Positions 26,405 to 39,614 of a stretch of 64,000 nucleotides of DNA are shown here, one piece after another. Within the stretch, counting starts at the first letter, position 1, and each line of letters opens with the position of its first letter. The notes below the pieces were generated by a model. The model searched no databases. It was not told the DNA's origin and saw only the letters and a program-made list of their open reading frames with translations. This DNA is from Podarcis liolepis (lineage: Eukaryota), in NCBI GenBank assembly GCA_965112155.1, contig OZ218110.1. The stretch is one strand, 5' to 3'. The position numbers were made by a program, and so were the translations under genes.

Positions 26405-27982
26405 TTCGCAGCAGGCTTAAGAGAACCACAAAGTTTGCAGAAAGTTTTTAAAAAATCATAAAACGGTGAAAACTTGAAAAAAACACCATAGTGATTGTAA
26501 TATACTAATTTTAAAAAATCATTATGGTTATTTATATTTGAATATAAAAAAATATAAAAAGTAAAACCCTAAACACAGCCCAATGAGGACTGAGACTTTC
26601 AGTGGGCACAAAATGTTGATGGATTGCTGGGGAAGAGGAAGATGGAATGGAGTATCCTGGGGGGGGGGGGAGGATAGTGAGCTTGATTGAATCCTGAACA
26701 GGAATGCTCCACACTGCCAACCTTTTGCCGAAAGTCCCATTTGTAAGAATAATACTGGGGATTTAGACAGTGCAACGCAGATCAGTTTTAGTATTTTTGT
26801 ATAGGAGGTGCTTAGCGGGAGGCTGAGATAATAGTTGCTCACTAGGTCAAGATAACCTGGGGCCAGTCACTACCTCGCAGGCTAACCTACTTCATAGGCT
26901 TGTTGTAATGATAAAGGAAAATGGTATGTATGTCACTTTGAGGTTCTTGGAGAAAAGATGATATATAAATATACTTATTTGCTCAAGGATACCCAGTTAC
27001 TTGATGGCAGAGGTAACATTTGAACAGTGAACTTCCCAATTCTTAATTCAAACTTTGAGCCGATACGCTATAAAAGCTCACAACTGGAACCACTTTTTAA
27101 AAAAATAATAAACTTGGTGAGAAAAAGCATCACTTCATGATCCTACAGTATAAGATTCAACATGTTTCCTTTGGAATAAATATCAGGCCTGTTGGGTTTA
27201 ATTGTACTCTGGACCCAGTTACAATGTCATGTGGGGAAACTGATATACTTTACCAGAGCCCAGAATTCAAGGTAGGGTGGTATCAAAAATATTGGCTGCA
27301 CACCTCTTATCAACTTGGGACAGGGCAATGGGAGAAGAGAAGAGAAAGTAGGCTAAGTTGCAAATTGTGCATGAGGATGTTTGTCCCAGCTTTTCTATAT
27401 CTATAAGGGTGACCTGATGCTGTCAGATTAGCTGGAGCCAATGAGAAGGAGTGTTGAAACATTTCCCAGAGTCCCTTTATTCTTGCTGGTATTCCTATGC
27501 AGGGCAGAAGGAAACAGCAATTCCTCATAACCAGCAAGGCATTGTTTGGGAAGAAGGCATATGAAAGTTTGCACAGGCCCCAAATAAGTTGTGATATTCA
27601 ACTTCAGTGATTACAGAGAGACGCCTATTCAACACACTTGTCTGTACATTGTTGCTTGGACCAGAACCCTCAGTCTGGTACCTGACTTCAAATGCAGCGC
27701 CACAGTCACCTGCAGTTTCATCCGAATAGCACCACAGGCAGTTTCTCCAATCACAGGATCAAGGTGCAGCTACCATACAATTATTTCTTCTCAGAATTTG
27801 CTCCAAATTTACGGCAAGTAACTGGCCCGTAATGGAGTGCTCTTGACTCTGACTGCAAACGTTGCCAGGGGAGAAAGAAAATAAAGTGCTGTTGCTTTGA
27901 CTTACCAGCAGAGACAGTGAAACACCAGGATCATGAGCAGTGGAGGGCAGGGTGAAGAGACATGACAATTCAATATTAAAAG

Positions 27983-28121
27983 CAGAAATGAGGAACCTGT
28001 GGCCCTCCGGGTGTTGTCAGACTCCTAACTCCCATCAGCCCCAGCCAGCACAGGTAATAGTCAGGGATTATGGGACTTGAAGTCCAGGAATATTTGAAGG
28101 GCTGCAGGCTCCACCATCCTG
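27983..28121. mobile_element. Degenerate hAT MITE of the same family (further partial copies near 13148-13210, 13905-14020 and 62570-62670)
   Basis: GGAACCTGTGGCCCTCC..ACTCCCATCAGCCCCAGC..GAAGGGCTGCAGG. Confidence 0.7.
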
Positions 28122-30109
28122 TCTTTAAAGGAACACAGAAAAAAGGGGGGTATACAGCAAACTCATAGAGCCTTTGGCCAAAGGAAGTTGCACAGTACCT
28201 CTATTCCAAAAGAGGATGGGTCAAGTCTGACCACCAGATAAATTTGGGGGTGGGATGACAGTGTGTGGAACCCACTAGGGAGGAAAGGGAAACCAAGAAA
28301 AGCCTGGCTCAGAGTCTTTTCCAGCTCACCAAAAATGCCAGAGCATGTCTCATATCCCTTCTTGCCTACACTCTCTGATTGTGCCAGCTGTCACCCAGAT
28401 ATTTATACCCACTGCCCCCAGCTGTGACTTTCTTCTCTAAAAAGTGCTAAGAGTTCAAACTTTCACAGAAACCTTGCTTCCTCTTTCTGTTGCAAAAAGC
28501 AGAAGTGCACATTCACTGTGGTTAGGCATTCAGAGATGTTCTGATGTGATGCATTTTCAAGCATTAATCTCTCTTTCCTTTTAGTGACAAAGCTGGTTCA
28601 TCACCAGCCTTAGAAGGGATTTGCATTCTATGACTTCCAACCAGTGCCCTTTCTCCACCTCCCCCCCCACCCCAAGGGAGTGTCTCTCAATCACTCTTTA
28701 CATACCAGCATGCACATGTGTAACTTGAGATCTTATCCGCAAAGCATCTTGCTCATCTTTTATTTATTTAGGACCATCGGTGTGCATGGTTTTTCACAGA
28801 GAGGCCAAAGAGTCCCCTGGTACCTTAAAAGAACATGCAAATTTAATGGTGGCAGAAGTCACATAAGGGAAGGAGGAGCATGCAAACCTGAGGTTTGCTG
28901 CAGCTCATTTGCAGCTATTACAAACAGTATGAACCATTGTGACTGAACAGCAACATCATCTGCACTGAAAAATAAGAATCATGTGCACATTTGGCATGCT
29001 TGGAAGAGGCTAGGCAAAAACCTATCCCAGATGTGCTAGTTTTCAATGCACAAGGGAGTTTTGTTTGCCTGGAAGGAACATAGGTCTGTGCCGACACAAT
29101 CGACCCGCTCCTCCCATATCCCATGTGGCTCTTCTCCCCAGGCACTGTGTAACAGATCCAGAAGGCACTTGTGAAGTACTGCAGAACTTTTGCAGAGACA
29201 AAAGGATAGCACACGCTGCTCCACCCCTCTCCCAGCTCACTTAATGTTTCTTCTCATAATAAGGATGGATCCATTGACAACAGGAAGCTCCCTGCCCTGA
29301 ATTCTGAGTGAGCATGGTTAGGATTGTGCTGTAAAGACACTAAACATACGACCCTTTGCAGGCTGTGTGCAATTTTAGGGAAGAAGTGAGCCCTTCTGGA
29401 GCAACTATAGCCATGCACTGCAAAACACAGAAGGGAAAACTTCCCCACAAGAAGCTGACACGACACAGCTGTCAAGGGTGGTTTATAGCGCTGGCTGCAA
29501 TGTAAAAGGTAACGGACATTTCAAGTATCAGCACAAATTTTGCAGCAGCTGTGAGACAAATAATAACTTGCTTCCTTCACTTCTCCAAGGAAGCTTGTGC
29601 TGTTGAGGAATTACCCTAAACCCAGTTATGGTAATGGAAGGGCAAGGGCTTATCTTCCACCTGCATCACAGAGAAGGCAGCAAGCTCTGGAGTTTCTCTG
29701 GTATAAAACAGGATGTAGAGCCTTTTCTGTGGTCTTAGGCCTAGCTAAAAGACCACCCACAGGAGACAGGAAACCCAGCTGTGTGGATTCTGGGATTCCT
29801 TGGAAACCATGTGGTATTGAGCAAACATTCAACTTTTTGCAAGTAACTGTAGAGGGTGTTCCCCTCCACTTCTTTTTTTTAAAGGAAGTTATCAGCTCTT
29901 GTAGCTGCAAATATTTGTTGGGAGTTCCACAAGCCAAAGGGGAGGCTGAAAAAGCTTGCCCACGCAGTCGCTGGCTGTAGGCAGGACTTTGCCTCTCCCA
30001 TCGGCAACGCAACCGGAAGCATGCAAAGTGGTAGAAATGTGGAATACACCCTGCAAATTATGAGAGGCAATCCCATCTGCATCATTCATACCAATCCCAG
30101 AATTCAGTT

Positions 30110-31866
30110 TTTAGACTGCATGGGTGCAATATTTATTAGCTGACACAGCCCAGCCAACCCCCTTCCATTAATCCTCCCCACTCCAGGCACAGTCAAAGAA
30201 GACCAGGACACACAGCAGATGAGATGAACTAGTTTAATAGACACAGTGATTGACTGATGAGGACCAGCGGGGGGTGGGGGGAATACTTCACTTGTCCAAA
30301 ACAGCAGCAGTAAACACAATGACCGGTTGCTCTCTATTTCACACATACACATGGCAGCACCTGATACTTCAGACTCTCTACTCAAGAGCAAATAAGGGAT
30401 TAGCACCTGCCCATAAAGTTGCCACACCAGTTCCGGTGCTCTTGCCTTTAGTGCGCGACACAGGTGGCCTCATACCGAGACAATTCTAGAACAGTGCATG
30501 CTTAAGTCACACAAATACACATGAATCATATAAATACTCAGCATACAGAGGCGCAGAAAGCCCAGCCTCTTTCCTATGGCAAAGGGAAGGCAGATGCTGC
30601 CTGCCCTTGGGAAATTCCTATTTTCCTAGGGAAGCCCACCCTAAAATACACAAGGGCTGCTGTGGATGGCTTTTACAAATGCTCAGTAGTAATCGGGGTG
30701 TGCAGGTTTCCCCACCCTGCTGCTTCTTTCCATCTAGTAATGTCAGGGTTACATAGGAGCTTCCTGGAGGTGAAAGACCCTCAGTTTCCTTGGAACAAAA
30801 CAAGCCATTCAGAGTTGCAGGCAGGGTGAGTCAAAGTTTCCTTATTAACTAATCCTGCAGAGCCAGGCACAGGTCAGCTCTGCAATTGGGCAGGCAAGCA
30901 AACTCCCTCCCTCCTTCACCGGCCTGCTCTTGTCCAGGGAAGGACAGTTCCAAAAACATCCAGTTGTAATGCCATGTGGGGGGTCACCTTTCCCAAAGAA
31001 TCCTTTGCTTTCGGTCAGAGTTTCCTAGAGGATTACGCCCACACACAGAGGGGCGAGGCAGAGAAGAGGGGACAAAATGTAGCTTACAAGCAGTAGAGCA
31101 AGAGCAATGAGAGGGGGAGGGAATAGCAGCCAATGCTCTGCTCAGAGGTCAAGCTAGGACGTGTGGCAGGCGCAGGTGGGGTGGGAGCTCTCTTGCCTGT
31201 CATGTGTGTTGCCTTTTAAGCAATTTTATGATGGCAATTTAACTGAGGGTATGGCAGAGCAAAAGTGCCAGTAAAAGAGGAAAATCTGCCCCCAGCAAAT
31301 CGCTGGATAGGCATAAAGCTGGAATACAACTTTTGCATGGGGCAAATCTGGGACTTGGTGCAAGCAGTCCAGTGTGCCGCTCTAGAGGTCAGGAGAGATA
31401 AGTGTGTGTGGTTGGACTGAGGAATAATGGCCCCTCTGGCAAGACAATTTGCCAGAAGAAGCTTATACAAGTTTCTAGTCCTGTGTGTTCTTGAACTGCA
31501 CTTCATTTTCTGGTACCAAACTGAGCAGCTAACATGCTTGTTATTAGCAGGCTGCAGGTGGTTAGGATGTGCTCCTCGGTGGTAGTCTCTGTCTGTGCAA
31601 CTTGAAGGACACTGCCACACCCCAGGACCTGCCAAGGTGATTACAGGAACAATATTCTCTTATGATTCTTAGGTTTTTCCTATTATTCCCTTTCTCCTTT
31701 GAGTGGGGTTCTCATGAGAAAAGCACGATATTGTCACACTAGCAGCTCGACTACACAACCGGAGAGCTATACAACTTCAGATTTATCTCACACAGGTAAA
31801 CACAAACACATGCAGGAGGGAGCCAAGGTTTACTGCCACACATCCATCCAACTGGCCTCAAGAGGA
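30110..31866 (-). other. ATP6V0A1: ATP6V0A1 3' UTR (approximate end)
   Basis: Follows the stop codon; poor in recognisable repeats; ends near AATAAA at 30132-30137. Confidence 0.6.
30132..30137 (-). terminator. Polyadenylation signal AATAAA (variant ATTAAA at 30233-30238)
   Basis: tttatt on the + strand; G/U-rich sequence follows on the minus strand. Confidence 0.6.
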
Positions 31867-31960
31867 TCATTCATCAAATCTCCCATCACGGATGTTGTCA
31901 AATGAGAAAGGGAGGAACTTGAACCCGGCGCCCATGTAGAACTTGTTCTGAAATTCCACC
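31867..31960 (-). CDS. ATP6V0A1: ATP6V0A1 terminal coding exon ([30 protein letters not shown]-stop)
   Basis: [16 protein letters not shown] motif; U-rich tract plus ctcactag| acceptor; TGA at 31867-31869. Confidence 0.97.
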
Positions 31961-34309
31961 CTAGTGAGAAACAAAAAAAGGAACACAAGAAGCAAACAAC
32001 CATTAGCTCAGAAGGCATGTCGAAGAATTTCGAGATTCAAAAGTGGCAGTGACCTTATCCTTTCTATGGCATTCATGTTTTACTACTGCAATGTACCGTT
32101 TCAGATATCCCAATTCCCTGTCCAAGTTTAAACCCACAGCCCCCCTCCCGGTTGCCTTTGCAGAAGGTTCAAATTGCAGCAAATGTGAGTGGGTATCAGT
32201 ACAAGGACTCAGGCATGCAAGCGATTACAGCGCTCTATGCCCAAACGTAGGAATGGGGAACCTCAGGTCTGGTGGCTGAATACAGGCCCCTCTATCCATC
32301 CCTCTGGACTCTCACTGGCCCTGCTCCACACCTCTCTCAAGCACTTCTGGGTGGATGGCATGTGTCCTTAAAGTGGATCCAGCTAAAGGCCCACCTAGTC
32401 CAGTCCCCTGTTCTCACAGTGGTTAACCCCATGCCCATGCGGAGCCCCAAAACAGGACCTGAGCGCAACAGCACTCTATCCACTCGTGAGTCCAAGAAGC
32501 GGGCATTCAGGGGGCGCACTATCTCTGACAATGGAGGAAAAACACAATCATTGTGGTTATGTCTATCTCTGCTAAACCATGTGTCTAGGAGGCTCAGGGC
32601 AAGGGGCACACCTGGACTGAATGCCCAACACAGCACTACTTTAGACTCTCTCCTCTGCATCTGGTTTAGCATCACAACAGGAAACCAGGCACTGAAGCAG
32701 CTTCCGTGGATATACCCCAGAAGAACCGTGAGTGACAACCCCTGCAAGGACAGGCTCTTTAGAATTCTGGACTGTCAGCGATGCAGAATCCTATTCCTCA
32801 TCTCTGAGGTCAGGATGATTTGATGGTTCAGACTTCCAAAGAGCATTCTGCATCCTCCCACAGATGATGATTTTCCTGAAATTCCTGGGGGTGACCAGTT
32901 AGAGACCCACCTCAGAACCAGCCAAGATTCTAACACACATCCAGAGAGAGCGAGAGAGAGTGCTTCATGCGGTGTATACCGTATTTGTATTCCACCTTCC
33001 TCCAAATTGTTCAGGGCAATACATGGAGGTTATCATATTTTATCCTCGCCATCCACTGTGAGGCAGGCTAGGCTGAAATATAGTCACTGATCCTAACGCA
33101 TCATGGGCAAGAGGGGTTTGAACTGAGGTCTCCCAAGGCCTTTTTCAAATAAACCACAGGGGTGTAGCACAACATGGCACAGGTATCCGGATTCCCCCCT
33201 CCCTGTTCTTTAAAGGCCTTCAGGGTTGTATCTATGCCAGGGAACTTTGGAAGTATGCCACATTCTCCCAGTAGTGATTTCGTGGAAGGCCATTACCTGG
33301 ACATCAATCCAAAGTCTTAGGTTCACCCAGCCAAGTCAGGGTCACTGTTATCATGTCTTCCCTAACCTATGATGTTCCCCTCAAAAAGAAAAGGGAAGGG
33401 AACTATTCAAGTTGATTAGGCTTCAATACATTTCACAAAGTGGAACAAAAATCTTCCATTTTAGCAAAAAAGCTAAAGATTCAGTACTGGAATACCATAC
33501 AAAAAGCAAGATCACAGTTCGTTTCAGATCTGTGTAGCTCACCTCAGCTGCACTCCAAAAACTATTCTAAATGCCCATCTAAGCCACGGCAAGTGAGACA
33601 TCTTTCTTTTGAACCAGAGCAGTCTGGAACCCCTCTTCTTCCATCACCAACTTCAGGGTGCCACAGGGAAACACCAGAGAAAGGAACAGAGGCCTGCATT
33701 CCAGGATCGGTTTGTTTCCTTTGCTGTTTTGCCGTTTCCACTAATGAACTCAAAATGTAAAGGGAATGGTACTGGAAGGCTGCCCAATCATAAACAGGCA
33801 CCAAACATGGAAAGAAAAACCCCATGATTCATTAAGAAAACAAACCCCGTGCTCTTCTCTTGGCTCTGTGGTGAGAAACATTTTCCATCCCCTTCATCTG
33901 CCAGATACAGAGAAAAACGGAGTACGAGTTGATTTGCTGCCGCTGCTCCTCTAGGGTGGAATGTTTCAAGTGCAGGATTCTTTTTAAAGACTAACATCCA
34001 TCTTGCAAGCCCAAATACACCAGAGAACACAGAGAAACTTCATTTAACTCAGGGGCAGTGAGAAGGCATAATGGATCAAGCAAACTCTCATACACCTTTG
34101 CAAGCAAATGCAACAGCTTCCCCCAAAAGGCAAAAGGCACAGATGGAATTTGTCAGCTAGCAATATGAACTGGCCTTCTCTCTCTCTGCAAAATCTCCAA
34201 TTTCACGATTCGCCTGCCAAACCCACACGAGCAAAATCCCTGCACACTGAAGACTAGTGCATCAGGGCAAAGGTTATGCTAGAGCTCTTCTTCCTGATAC
34301 ACCACCTTT

Positions 34310-34800
34310 CTACGTGCAGAGATTTGTGCATGTTAAGAAGGAGCGCTCAGTCACGTGAGCAGCCCGCCCGTAGCCTGAAGTGATATATCCCAGACGCAAG
34401 CAAAGTGCAGCCTCTGATAAGCTAAGAAGGGAAAACCATTGCAGAGTGAAAGGGCAGAGGATTGCAACAGCCCACCACCACCACCACCACCACCACCTCC
34501 ACCTCCGCTCCCTTTGCCCCCGCCAGCATGCCCACGTCGCTTGGACGGCGAACAGCTCCCCCCTGACTGAGAATACCAGTTGCGCTGCCAGACCGCCAAG
34601 CATTCCCAGCATATCCAGGGTGTGCCAGCTGCACTTACAGACTGGAAACAGCTGCGCGCTCTGCTCCTCTCCACTTGTTTCACTAATTGGCAGGGACACG
34701 GGGCTAGTGGGAGGGAGGGGCGGCCATATTTCAAGCCTTTTTTAAAAAGAAGTTAGCAAGTTTCAAGACTCATGTCTCTGGCGACAGGCATTGCGTGATC
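34310..34800. promoter_or_regulatory. CpG-enriched promoter/enhancer-like element in the last ATP6V0A1 intron
   Basis: About 20 CpG in about 490 bp; GTCACGTGAG at 34350, CTGATAAG, two CAGCTG, ATTGG at 34686, GGGGCGG at 34717, TTTAAAAA at about 34741. Confidence 0.45.
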
Positions 34801-37800
34801 AAGAGGCAGGCAAGAAATTTGTGGTTCACATCCAAAGGGGTGGGGTGGGGGAGCTCCTTGGTCTCAGTTTCACTGTTCTCCAATGGACACGCAGCAATTC
34901 AGCCCAGGAACTTTATGAATTGCCAGCCGTCGGGTCCAGGGAACACAGTGTCTGGAAACATTACCTTCCACATGCCCCAAGGAGCGGCGTGGAAAGCGGT
35001 TGGAAGGGGCTCCCATTTGCAGGATTAGATGGTGGACGGAGAAATTGCAGGTGGTCAGGAACAAAAAAGTCCCACTTTCCCACCCTCCTGGGCAAGAGGA
35101 GGAGATGGGTAGCACCGAGTCAAAAGATTGCAACCCCAGAAGGCCTTGCATGATTTCAAGAGAGGAGCTGGTGATAGTATCCTACTGCTAGACAAGAGCA
35201 CACATACTTGGAGGTCCCCTCCCTGCTTAGAAGACTGCAGGAGCAGAGGAACACAATCCCTCTCCCCTTCCGAGTTCAGCTCAGATTCTACTAAGGCCTG
35301 TATCAAATTAAGTGTATACACACGGAGACACACACAGTTCCACAGAACATCCTCCCTCAACGGAATGTTCCGCTCCTTCCAGCCATGGAATGTGTAGCAC
35401 CCCATTGGCACCTAATTACCTGAGCCTCCTTCCCCCGCCCCCCAACCTCCTGGCCCAGCCATCTGGAGCTAAGGTGGTTCCTTGCTTTTAGCCAAAGATC
35501 TCGCCCTCTCCAACTGGAACAAGTCTCGCCTCCTGTGCATCGTGCAGCGCCAGCCAACTGGATAACTTTCATTCTGTTTTCCTGGCCTCAGTTATCTTTT
35601 TTGGAACTCCGTTCCCTAAGGCTGAAGGGTTCTACTGCATGCCAGTTATTAAGACACAGAAAAGCAGAGAGAAGAGGACTGCATTGCCATCGCTCTCTTT
35701 TCCATTCCATTAATTTTACGCCCAAGGTGTGGGGAAACTCCCATTCCAGCTGTGCATCAATCCCCGGAGCACATCTCCATCCTGCCCTCCATCTCAGCCC
35801 TCCTAAGGTCTCAGGTGGCAAGACAATGAACCCCAACATGCCTTTGGCTGCAAACTAAATGTCAAAAAGGCCCTTTGTGCAGCTAAGGGGGTAGAGTGTG
35901 ATCAGCCAATGGCACTGGCAGCGAAATACACACTTGCTTCCCATACAACCGCGGAGATAAGGAAGCCCCCGCTTTGCAAAACTATTTGTTTTTCAGCCAA
36001 GGCAACCATCTGCTTGGAATGTACTGCTGCCTGAAAAGTTACGAGATAAACCCATCCCAGCCGGGAGTGGCCGGGCTGAGGAAGGAGAGATGGAAAGCAT
36101 TTTTTCCAGCAGGAAAGAAGATTCACTGTTCTTCCTCTCCAGCAAAAGGTGACACACCCTCAGCTTTTGAATTCTAAGAGGAAGCAACAAGGCTCTGCGG
36201 TAAAGCAAATCGTTTGCATGCAGATGGTTCAAGGTGCAATCCTTGGCATCACCAAATCAGATGGGTTCCAGGTTAACAGAGCTCGACATGGGAGCTTGGG
36301 AGGGTTGGTGCCAGTGGAAGAACTGGGCTGGATGAACCAATGGTCTGACTCAGTATAAAGACCATTTGCTGAGGCCAACAAAATCTGCAAAGTCTCCTCC
36401 CTCCACTCTACCTTCCATATGTGTGTGTCACCACCTTGCAGATTCCACTGCTAAAGGGAAGAGATGCAGGAGCTGCAAGTTCCACATCTTAGCACTGAAT
36501 TTAGTCACCTCAGCAGTCAAACTCCCTAATTTATTCCCCCCCCCCAAAGAACTTTGCCATCTGCCTTTTTAAAAAAAACCCACATGCACAACAGATCGAA
36601 AACAGCTCATAGTAATTTTCTAATGGAGTCGTTACCCCCAATGGAAGTGGATTTTGCAATCTGGAAAGGTATTTATATTTGAGGAGCAGAAGGTTAATTA
36701 TTTTGCACCTCTAAATAACCTAGGTGCAATTTTTCACCCTTTGCGAAAACCTTGCTGAGAATGGTTTGGCTGCAGCTCATCACCGGCTATCCAAATTATG
36801 ATCAACTGATGCAACAGGGAACCTCTCCTCCACCCCCACCCCCACACTCCAGCCACTTGCTCTGTACTGATAGAAAACAGCACCTTGAAAGAACTCCAAA
36901 GTTGTCTCTCTGGCTTTCTCCTCAAAGTTTTCAGTTAAGAGTCACTCAAATCAGCAGTGGGGATTCCTGTACACTCCCAGATATTGACAGCAACTCCTGC
37001 CCTACAGCAGAATGACTCAACCGCTCCTATCTCCAGACACAGCTGGCCCCTGCTGGAAGCTTATTTGTTTTGAACTTGGCACAGAGAAGAAAAGGCTGGG
37101 CCAGGACAGCAATCCCTGGCCCCTAGCACAAGATCAAGATAACGGCTGATGTCATGATTGCTTGGGGTGCAGCTGCTATTGTTCTGCTAAGATGGGCTTT
37201 CCTGACAAGGAGCGGAGCCCAGTCAAACCAGCCACTGAAACTTGAAGTAGGGTCATGAAAACAAATGTCACAAGCCAGGCCTACCGAGAGCAGGAGTTAA
37301 AGCTGGGTTAGGAAAAATCAAGCTGGATTCTGGAGGCAGCCTACAGCTCTAAAATGTAAGAAAACTGCTACTGCACATGGAAGTGTTGACACAACATGGT
37401 CATCATAATTATTCATCAACGGCATACAAACTTACTATATGTGTCCATTCATTTACGTTTACACTATTCTGCTTCTACAGCAAAATGATTCTAGAGGCTG
37501 AAGCACTTTCTGCAAGAATTGGGAATTTTTAGTTTAGAAAAAGGGACAGGGTGGCAAAAGTTTATGAAATCATGGTGTATGGATAGTGAATATTTTTTTT
37601 ATAATGCTGAGATATACCAGGCACCCATTAGTTGTTCTTTTTCGTTCTGACAAGCCTTTCCAGCTGGATGTAAAGATTTCTGCCTTGGGTTTAAAGAACA
37701 AAACAAGATGAACGGCCGTCTTCACTTTTGTCTACTGTACTGTCCTTAAAACTATTCTAGCTGTTTGCATGTGCCTGCAAATGGATCTTAGTTCTGATCC

Positions 37801-38794
37801 TGTAGTGCTATGCCTATGATCTTAGTGAGCAGCATGGAAGACTTTGCATGCCATCCTTTTTGCAAACTACAGCAGTTTTCTATGGGCAGCTCCTGGGATC
37901 CAAAGTGCTGGCTGGGTTTATGCAAGGCCTTGCTTGTAAGTTGACCAAAAAGGGACTCCTTCAGATTTGGTTTGAGACCAGCCAGTTTCAACCCCCAATT
38001 GAACCTATTGGCAGGTAAAGAACTCTCTCACTCATTCATGCTTCGCAGTGCACATTGACCACTCTTTAAGATGATGTTGTCGGCAGCACAGCTAACCCCA
38101 GCCTCAATCTATTCCATATGCACTTGTGTGATTGCCATAAAACTTAGGGAACAAGTTGCGCTATCATAATGATTAAGGTTTTAAATGATAATTTTAGGTT
38201 ATATGTTAGTGACTAAGTTTTAATTTATGTATTTTTAAACTGTTGCTATATCTGTATTGTCCCTGTTATACCTAACTGCAAATTCAAATATATCCCTATC
38301 ATGTTTTATGACTTCCTTGATATTGTATGTGGGCTGGAACTGGTCTGTGACCGAAATAATAAAATTCATTCATTCATTCTATATGCACTAGATATTGCGC
38401 ATTTGAGGACTTCCAGGTCTATCCTGCAAGTAGTTAAAATGCAGGAGGGACACCCTCATTGAACTTAGAAAAGCCCCCAGAAAGTAAGCTGATGCTGGCC
38501 AAGGAAAAAGCACAATCAGAACAAATAACCATGCATCTGAGAAATATGGATATTAGCTTGACTAGACCTGAACAAATAAAGCTGTCCTCTCTCCAGCCTA
38601 AACCTGAGTTCATTTGTCCAGCAATGTCTACTCTGACTGCCAGCAGCTCTCCCAGGGTTCAGGCAGGAGCACTTCCCAGCCATGCTTCTTGAGATACTTT
38701 AAGTAGAGATGACAGAGATCAAACATGATGCAGACTTTGTACCCACTGTGCTTTTGTTTGTTTGCAGTGCAGAGCTGTACCAGATGACACTTAC

Positions 38795-38966
38795 CAGTGC
38801 AAGCGGAGGGCATGCAGGAAAGCAGAGAGGCCCTCCATGATCAGCAAGATGGCCACTGTCAGGGTGGCAAAGGCAGCAAATACGAAGAACATGCCGAACC
38901 CACCAGCCAAGCTCTTTGCGCTGAGCCCCACACGCATCACCATGGACCAGAGGACCTCAGAAAGCT
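38795..38966 (-). CDS. ATP6V0A1: ATP6V0A1 penultimate exon (LSEVLWSMV...[15 protein letters not shown]), 172 nt
   Basis: [15 protein letters not shown] signature; TG|gtaagt phase-2 donor. Confidence 0.98.
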
Positions 38967-39496
38967 CTGTGATGAGAAAGACAGGAAGAATGATCACCGA
39001 TCAGCAAGGGCCACAGCTCTGGAGAAGAGGGATTGCATGCCTGCCTTCTTTGGAGGGCAGTGCCCACTGCTCTAATAAAAGTGAGATTTCGGAAGCTGGA
39101 TGAGTTCCCAAAGTGAGCTGTGCTCCTAAATCACACCCCAGACCAATTTTCCTTTTAAGAAAAAGCAAAGCCTCCTCCTGCTTAGGGTCCAAATTCTGCA
39201 CTCTGTGGACATTTCGAACTCATTCTCACAAGCTACCCAATGCTCCCCTTCAGAGAACTCAGAAGATTTCAATAAGAATTTTGGGTGGGCAAAAAAAGAT
39301 ACTGGGCAGAGAGGAGACTGCTACATAGTCTTCTAGCCCTCTCTACATGACACGACCTGGAATGAGAGTACACAAAAGTCACTGGCTACTACCACAGGAA
39401 AAAGGGCTTGTGACACCTTCCCCCTATTCTCACAGCTCAGATTTCCCCTTCCTCATCCCTGGACTCAAAAGAGCCAGCCATGGTGAAGCTACTCAC

Positions 39497-39614
39497 GTGC
39501 ATGCGCCAGGCTAAGCGCCCAGAGGCGAAGGTATGACGCTGTGTTGGAGATGCAGCCCAGGCAGTATTCGATGGTATGGATGGCCTGGTGAACAGCAGTG
39601 TCCCCAAAGTCAAA
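39497..39614 (-). CDS. ATP6V0A1: ATP6V0A1 exon ([39 protein letters not shown]), 118 nt; carries the essential Arg
   Basis: [12 protein letters not shown] signature; ttgcag| acceptor and |gtgagt donor. Confidence 0.98.

Noticed and set aside
32272-32823. 183-aa plus-strand ORF and overlapping 136-aa minus-strand ORF
   Set aside because: Built largely from MITE/SINE remnants, non-ATG start, no domain similarity
33950-33970. CTAGGGTGGAAT match to the start of the ATP6V0A1 last exon
   Set aside because: Wrong strand and the similarity stops after 12 nt; chance
34310-34745. Poly-His, poly-Gly and poly-Trp ORFs
   Set aside because: Artefacts of the (CAC)n repeat in a GC-rich stretch
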